In this document: piece after piece, positions 58,973 to 64,000 of the stretch | How the letters are laid out: each line of letters begins with the position of its first letter | How positions within the stretch are numbered: position 1 is the first letter of the stretch | IMG/VR virus record: IMGVR_UViG_3300017917_004266 | Location: 28,990 to 92,989 of that record | Length of the DNA: 64,000 nucleotides | Direction: 5' to 3' (one strand) | Source of the DNA: a virus | The notes under the pieces: model-generated | What the model was told of the DNA's origin: nothing | Seen by the model: the letters and a program-made list of their open reading frames with translations, nothing else | Databases searched by the model: none | Translations under genes and position numbers: made by a program

Positions 58973-61225
58973 ATGATACATGTAAAAAAGCGTAATGGTA
59001 GTACTGAAAAATTTAATATAGAAAAAATTCATAGAATAATAAATTGGGCAGTAAAAGATTTAAGCAATGTAAGTCTAACAGATATAGAAATAAACGCAAA
59101 AATTAATATTCATGATGGAGTTACTACAAAAGAGATCCATAGATTATTAGTTGAATCTGCTGCTAATTTAATATCTGTTGAAAAACCAAATTATCAATTT
59201 GTTGCTAGTCGTTTATTAAATTATCAATTAAGAAAAGACGTTTGGAAGGGGAAACATGCACCAAGACTTTCTGAATTTATTAATCAGGGTATTAAAAATA
59301 AAATTTATGATCCTATTATTTTAGAAAAATATTCAGAAGATGAGATTAATAAAATGGGAGAATTTATTGATCACGAAAGAGATTATAATTTTACATATGC
59401 TGGAATCAAACAATTATGTGATAAATATTTAATTAAAAATAGAACTAATGGTAATATTTTTGAAACTCCACAGTTTGCATATATTTTAATTGCTGCTTAT
59501 GGATTTATATTTTATCCAAAAGAAACAAGACTAAATTATGTAAGAAAATTTTACGATGCTATTAGTAAGCATAAAATTAATTTACCAACACCAGTAATGG
59601 CTGGAGTAAGAACTCCAAGCAAAAATTATGCAAGTTGCTGTTTAATAGGAGTTGATGATACTCGCGAAAGTATTACCGCTAGTGCTACAGCAGTTAGTAT
59701 GGCTACTGCTAATAGATGTGGTATTGGAATTGATGTGTCAAAAATTAGAGCTATTGGGTCTCCAATTAAAAATGGAGAAGTTGTACATACAGGATTAATT
59801 CCATTTCTTAAAATCTATGAAAGCAGTGTCAAAGCTTGGCAACAAAATGGACTTCGTGGTGGAAGTGCTACTTGCAATATTCAATGGTGGCATTATGAAA
59901 TAGAAGATATTGTCGTATTAAAAAATAATGCTGGCACAGATGATAATAGAGTTCGTAAACTTGATTATACTGTTGGTATGAGTAAATTATTTTATGACAG
60001 AGTATTAAAAGATGAAGAGATTACTTTATTTAATACAGCAGAGATTCCAGAATTATATGAGGCTTGGGGTACGAAAGATTTTGATAAAATCTATAAAGAA
60101 TGTGAAACTAAGAAATTAAAAATTAAAAAGAAGGTTTCTGCTCGTAAATTATTTTCTTTGATCATCAAAGAGAGGGTCGAAACTGGTAGAATTTATATTC
60201 TTAACGTAGATCATGCTAATAATCATGGAGCTTGGTTAGATAAAGTCACCATGAGTAATCTTTGCACCGAAGTTATTCATCCAACGATTCCTTTAAATGA
60301 TTATCATGATAAAAATGGTGAAATTGGAATGTGCATTCTTTCAGCAGTAAATATGCTAGAAATTAAAAACTGGCAAGATCTTGAAAAGACTTGTGATCTT
60401 ATCGTAAGATTTCTTGATGAGATCATTGAAATTCAAGATTACTTTAATATTGCTGCTGAAAATTTTGCAAAGAAACGCAGAAGTCTAGGAATAGGAATTA
60501 CTAATCTCGCTGCATTTTTAGCTAAAAATGAATTAAAATATACTTCTGATAAAACACTTGTTGTATTAGATGAATGGATGGAGCATTTTCAATATTATCT
60601 TTTAAAATCTAGTCTTGAGTTAGCTAAAGAAAAAGGAAAATGTGAAAAATTTGATAGAACAAAATATTCAAAAGGAATTTTATCTATTGACACATATAAA
60701 GATAAAGTAGATGAATTATGCAAAAGAAAATTATTTCTTGATTGGGAAAACCTAAGAAAAGAAATAAAAGAATTTGGATTAAGACACTCAACATTATCCT
60801 CTTGTATGCCTTGCGAAAGTAGTTCTGTAATTCAATCTTCGACTAATGGAGTAGAACCAATTAGAAGCTTAATAACTTATAAAATGAGTAAAATGGGTAA
60901 ATTACCAGTATTAGTTCCTGGAGTTGGTAAGTATGATGATAATTATGAGTTAGCTTATGATTTTAAAGATAATTCTGGTTTATTAAAAATTAATGCAATT
61001 ATTCAAAAATATATTGATATGGCTATATCAACTAATGTGTACTATAACTATTCTCATTATGAAAATAATGTTTTACCAGATGCAAAAGTAATGAAAGAAA
61101 TTATGTATGCTTATTCTTTGGGTTTAATTAGTTTATATTACAATAATACAGATGATGGAGATAAAGAACAATTAATGAATCAAAAAGAAGATCGCGATTG
61201 TTCTTCTGGAGCATGTAAATTATAA
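58973..61225 (+). CDS. nrdA: Class Ia ribonucleotide reductase alpha subunit with ATP cone
   Basis: VKKRNG, PTPVMAG, SCC, SNLCTE, MPCESSS, STNGVEP, C-terminal CSSGAC. Confidence 0.97.
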   Translation: MIHVKKRNGSTEKFNIEKIHRIINWAVKDLSNVSLTDIEINAKINIHDGVTTKEIHRLLVESAANLISVEKPNYQFVASRLLNYQLRKDVWKGKHAPRLSEFINQGIKNKIYDPIILEKYSEDEINKMGEFIDHERDYNFTYAGIKQLCDKYLIKNRTNGNIFETPQFAYILIAAYGFIFYPKETRLNYVRKFYDAISKHKINLPTPVMAGVRTPSKNYASCCLIGVDDTRESITASATAVSMATANRCGIGIDVSKIRAIGSPIKNGEVVHTGLIPFLKIYESSVKAWQQNGLRGGSATCNIQWWHYEIEDIVVLKNNAGTDDNRVRKLDYTVGMSKLFYDRVLKDEEITLFNTAEIPELYEAWGTKDFDKIYKECETKKLKIKKKVSARKLFSLIIKERVETGRIYILNVDHANNHGAWLDKVTMSNLCTEVIHPTIPLNDYHDKNGEIGMCILSAVNMLEIKNWQDLEKTCDLIVRFLDEIIEIQDYFNIAAENFAKKRRSLGIGITNLAAFLAKNELKYTSDKTLVVLDEWMEHFQYYLLKSSLELAKEKGKCEKFDRTKYSKGILSIDTYKDKVDELCKRKLFLDWENLRKEIKEFGLRHSTLSSCMPCESSSVIQSSTNGVEPIRSLITYKMSKMGKLPVLVPGVGKYDDNYELAYDFKDNSGLLKINAIIQKYIDMAISTNVYYNYSHYENNVLPDAKVMKEIMYAYSLGLISLYYNNTDDGDKEQLMNQKEDRDCSSGACKL

Positions 61226-61227
61226 TT

Positions 61228-62292
61228 ATGAAAAGTGTTTTAAATTTAAAAAATATAGATCATACCAAACAACCATTATTTTTTGGTGAAGATCTTAATT
61301 TACAAAGATATGATCGTTTTAAATATCCTATTTTTTTTGAATTATTTAAAAAACAAGAAGAATTTTTCTGGTGGCCTCATGAAATAGCCTTAAATAAAGA
61401 TCGTAGCGATTATAAGGAATTAGCTGGTCAAGAAAGATTTGTTTTTGACACTAATTTAAAATTTCAAACTCTTGGTGATAGTATGCTATCAAGAAGTATT
61501 CATTCATTAAAAGATTACGTAAGCAATCCAGAACTTGAGATTTGCATGAATACTTGGCAAAGATTTGAGGGAATCCATAGTTATTCTTATTCATATTTAC
61601 TTAATAATGTTCATCCAGACGCTAGTAAATTCTTTGATAGTATAATGGAAGATAAAGAAATAGTATCTCGCGCAGAATTAATTAGGAATAATTTTGATAA
61701 AATCCTTGGTGATGACGATAAGAAGGATTTGAAACAGAAAATATTTGATTGTATACTTTCTGTAAATGTTATGGAAGGTCTTGTATTTTATGTTTCATTT
61801 GCCTGTTCTTTCTATTTTGGATATCGTGGAAAAATGGAAGGTAATGCTAAAATTATTAAGTTTATTCAAAGAGATGAAGCTTTGCATTTTGCCACAACTC
61901 AAAATTTACTTAAAATTCTAAAAGAAGAAGAAAAGGAAGGCTTTACATCTATAGCTAAAAAAAGCGAAGATAAAGTATATGCATTCTACGAACAAGCCGC
62001 TAAAAATGAAATTGAATGGGCTGAGTATCTATTTAGTAAAGGATCTTTACTAGGCTTAAATGCTGAAGTTTTAGGTGGTTATTCAAAATGGCTCTGCGAC
62101 GCTCGTCTACGATCATTAGGGTATAAGAAAATATTTAACCAAAAGGATAACCCTATTGCTGGATGGTTAGATAGCTACCTTGACAGTAGCAAAGTTCAAG
62201 TCGCCCCGCAAGAAACTGAGATTTCTACATATAAAATTGGAGCAAGAAAAACTGATATATCTGATGATGATTTTGGTGATTTTAAACTATAA
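61228..62292 (+). CDS. nrdB: Ribonucleotide reductase beta subunit
   Basis: FWWPHE, EGIHSYSY, EGLVFYVSF, RDEALH, VAPQETE. Confidence 0.97.
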   Translation: MKSVLNLKNIDHTKQPLFFGEDLNLQRYDRFKYPIFFELFKKQEEFFWWPHEIALNKDRSDYKELAGQERFVFDTNLKFQTLGDSMLSRSIHSLKDYVSNPELEICMNTWQRFEGIHSYSYSYLLNNVHPDASKFFDSIMEDKEIVSRAELIRNNFDKILGDDDKKDLKQKIFDCILSVNVMEGLVFYVSFACSFYFGYRGKMEGNAKIIKFIQRDEALHFATTQNLLKILKEEEKEGFTSIAKKSEDKVYAFYEQAAKNEIEWAEYLFSKGSLLGLNAEVLGGYSKWLCDARLRSLGYKKIFNQKDNPIAGWLDSYLDSSKVQVAPQETEISTYKIGARKTDISDDDFGDFKL

Positions 62293-62306
62293 TATCTAAT
62301 ATTTAA

Positions 62307-62313
62307 AGTGTAA
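62307..62313 (+). promoter_or_regulatory. AGTGTAA motif
   Basis: 8 nt before ATG at 62322. Confidence 0.6.
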
Positions 62314-62321
62314 ATATCTAT

Positions 62322-62654
62322 ATGAATTTAGATATAACTTTATTATTTAATATAGTTTTAGGGGCATTATCTTTTCTAGGTGGATGGCTTTTTACTAGAG
62401 TATTTTCTATATCTGATCGTCAAGAAAAACTTATTAAAGATTTAAATGATAAAACATTCAGCGATTTCATATCTTTAAGAAAAGAAGTAGAATTAGAAAG
62501 CCGCAAACACCAACAAGAAATAGCTGATTTAGCTTTAAAGGTTAGTACAACTTATGTAACAAAAGAGTCTTTTGAAGCATATTTTGATAGAATAGAAGCT
62601 AAACTTGATCGTAATTTTGAAATTATACAAAATTATTTAATGAATAAAAAATAA
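62322..62654 (+). CDS. Single-TM coiled-coil protein (holin-like?)
   Basis: N-terminal TM; YVTKE..RIEAKLD; AGTGTAA 8 nt upstream. Confidence 0.5.
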   Translation: MNLDITLLFNIVLGALSFLGGWLFTRVFSISDRQEKLIKDLNDKTFSDFISLRKEVELESRKHQQEIADLALKVSTTYVTKESFEAYFDRIEAKLDRNFEIIQNYLMNKK

Positions 62655-62675
62655 AAATTAACTGTAATAGTTAAT

Positions 62676-63191
62676 GTGATACTTTCAGATAGAGATATAG
62701 ATTTTTTTGCTAAAAAATTAAATTTATCACCAGAAAAAACATTTATCTTATTAGAAGATCCAGATTGTTTACCAGAAATTTTAAATAAAATTTGTGAAGA
62801 TGAAATAAATGGTATAGTTGATATTAGCTTTCCAGTATTTGCTGAATTAACTATTATAAAATATAGTAAAGATTTAAAATATTCTTTTGAAGAAAAAGAA
62901 TATATTTCAGAAATTGTAGGATCAAAATTCTATGATTTAATAGAAACTCCGTTACAAAATAAATATTTTTTTACATTAAATCAAGATGAGGACACAGCAA
63001 AATCTATACTTGTTTTTTTAGGATTTTTTTATAAAAGTTTAGAAAAACTTAGAAGATCTTATCCGTCAGAAAATATATACTATAATATAGCTAAAAATGG
63101 TTTTGAAAATTCAAACAAAGAAGAAATATCTTATCATTTAAAAGATTGGATTAAATTATTAAGAAGAATACAAAACGAAGTCTGGTTTTAA
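62676..63191 (+). CDS. Hypothetical protein
   Basis: 171 aa, GTG start after ACTGTAA variant motif. Confidence 0.55.
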   Translation: MILSDRDIDFFAKKLNLSPEKTFILLEDPDCLPEILNKICEDEINGIVDISFPVFAELTIIKYSKDLKYSFEEKEYISEIVGSKFYDLIETPLQNKYFFTLNQDEDTAKSILVFLGFFYKSLEKLRRSYPSENIYYNIAKNGFENSNKEEISYHLKDWIKLLRRIQNEVWF

Positions 63192-63198
63192 ATTTTAA

Positions 63199-63765
63199 TT
63201 ACATGTTTAGTTTAACTAAACAATAACCATTTTCATCTACTTTTGATAAAAATTTACCTATTATTACATATCCATTTGTTGCAATTTTTCCATCTGATCC
63301 AGCATAAGCAGAAGCTCCAATAGATGGAGATATGCTACTAACAATTTGTATATCATTAATATAAATTAATCCTTTAGTTAAAATTGGAACAGCATGAATT
63401 TTTGGTAGAACTACATTCATTTCTGCCATTTTTCTAGGATTAAATATTAACTTATTTCCATTTTCGTCTTTTTCTCTTACATCATAAAGTAAAATTCCAA
63501 TTGGTCCAGGAGTATCATTAGAATTTACTGTTGGAGTTACAGAACCAACGATATTAAATAAATTATTTATTGTATTAGTATATTTTTCTCCTGGAGCATC
63601 ACTAGATAAACTAATTGGTCCTTCGCTAGAAATATCTGATCCATTTTTATCTTTCCAAGACGTTACTGGCTTTACAAGTGTTCCTTTTGTTGCCTCCATA
63701 TCGCATGCAAATAAATTAATTACATCATGTTCATTATAATCACGAAATGGTTTTAAATTAGGCAT
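63199..63765 (-). CDS. Putative capsid decoration/cement-like protein
   Basis: KGTLVK, PIGILLYDV, VPILTKG, IGKFLS pattern typical of head-decoration proteins; AGTGTAT upstream. Confidence 0.45.
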   Translation of the reverse strand: MPNLKPFRDYNEHDVINLFACDMEATKGTLVKPVTSWKDKNGSDISSEGPISLSSDAPGEKYTNTINNLFNIVGSVTPTVNSNDTPGPIGILLYDVREKDENGNKLIFNPRKMAEMNVVLPKIHAVPILTKGLIYINDIQIVSSISPSIGASAYAGSDGKIATNGYVIIGKFLSKVDENGYCLVKLNM

Positions 63766-63877
63766 ATATAATATGATACACTTAAAAAAATATTTTATCG
63801 ATTTTTTTTAAAAATTTCACATATTTAATTTATCTATGTAATTAAAATTAGTTCTTTATAAAATAAAAAAGTCCATT

Positions 63878-64000
63878 TTGGGTGAATTCGGTGGAAGTCT
63901 TAAAGAGATTATACCGAGCCAAGACAACTGGGAAAGATAGGTTGTAAGGTGTAACGACTAGGCGATTGAGTCCCAACAATAATATTGCCCACGAGCGCCC
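63878..64000 (+). ncRNA. Group I intron catalytic core (IA-like), truncated by window end
   Basis: P3 GGGTG/CGCCC; P element AATTCGGTGGAA; Q element ATACCGAGCC (P4 TCGGT/ACCGA); P6a ACAAC/GTTGT; R element GTGTAACGACTA; P7.1 GGCGAT/ATTGCC. Confidence 0.75.

Noticed and set aside
1-64000. Alternative genetic code, or cellular origin of the window
   Set aside because: Conserved genes are full length with all three stops used; dense strand-blocked organisation and gene content indicate a large phage

Overview
A very AT-rich segment of a large dsDNA (probably jumbo) bacteriophage genome in the standard genetic code. 1-23.6 kb (+) is a putative virion structural/tail region: RCC1-like and FG-GAP propellers, a vWA domain, poly-Ser tracts and a strong Thr-Gly/Ser-Gly bias. 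23.6-39.6 kb (-) holds glycosyltransferases and a bacterial-type replisome: DnaE split into separate PHP and polymerase genes with a DEDDh exonuclease gene between them, plus DnaG, DnaB, RecA, ThyX and nucleases. 39.6-51 kb (-) is a nucleotide-sugar cluster: Gmd, RmlB, RfbH, a ThDP enzyme, a NeuB-like synthase, a dehydroquinate-synthase-like cyclase, an SDR and further GTs. 51-58.5 kb is accessory: Dps-like protein, HTTM pair, Hsp20 behind a sigma54-type promoter, and a PEP-CTERM protein suggesting a Verrucomicrobia-type host. The window ends with an unannotated ~300-nt structured RNA candidate, nrdAB, a possible capsid-associated gene, and a group I intron core with no visible 5' exon. Three promoter classes are visible: sigma70-like leaderless, a recurrent AGTGTAA (probable late) motif, and one sigma54 site. 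The main system hypothesis is phage-encoded glycosylation of the virion at S/T-G and poly-Ser sites with an unusual branched or carbocyclic sugar. All family calls come from motif recognition by eye; no searches were run.
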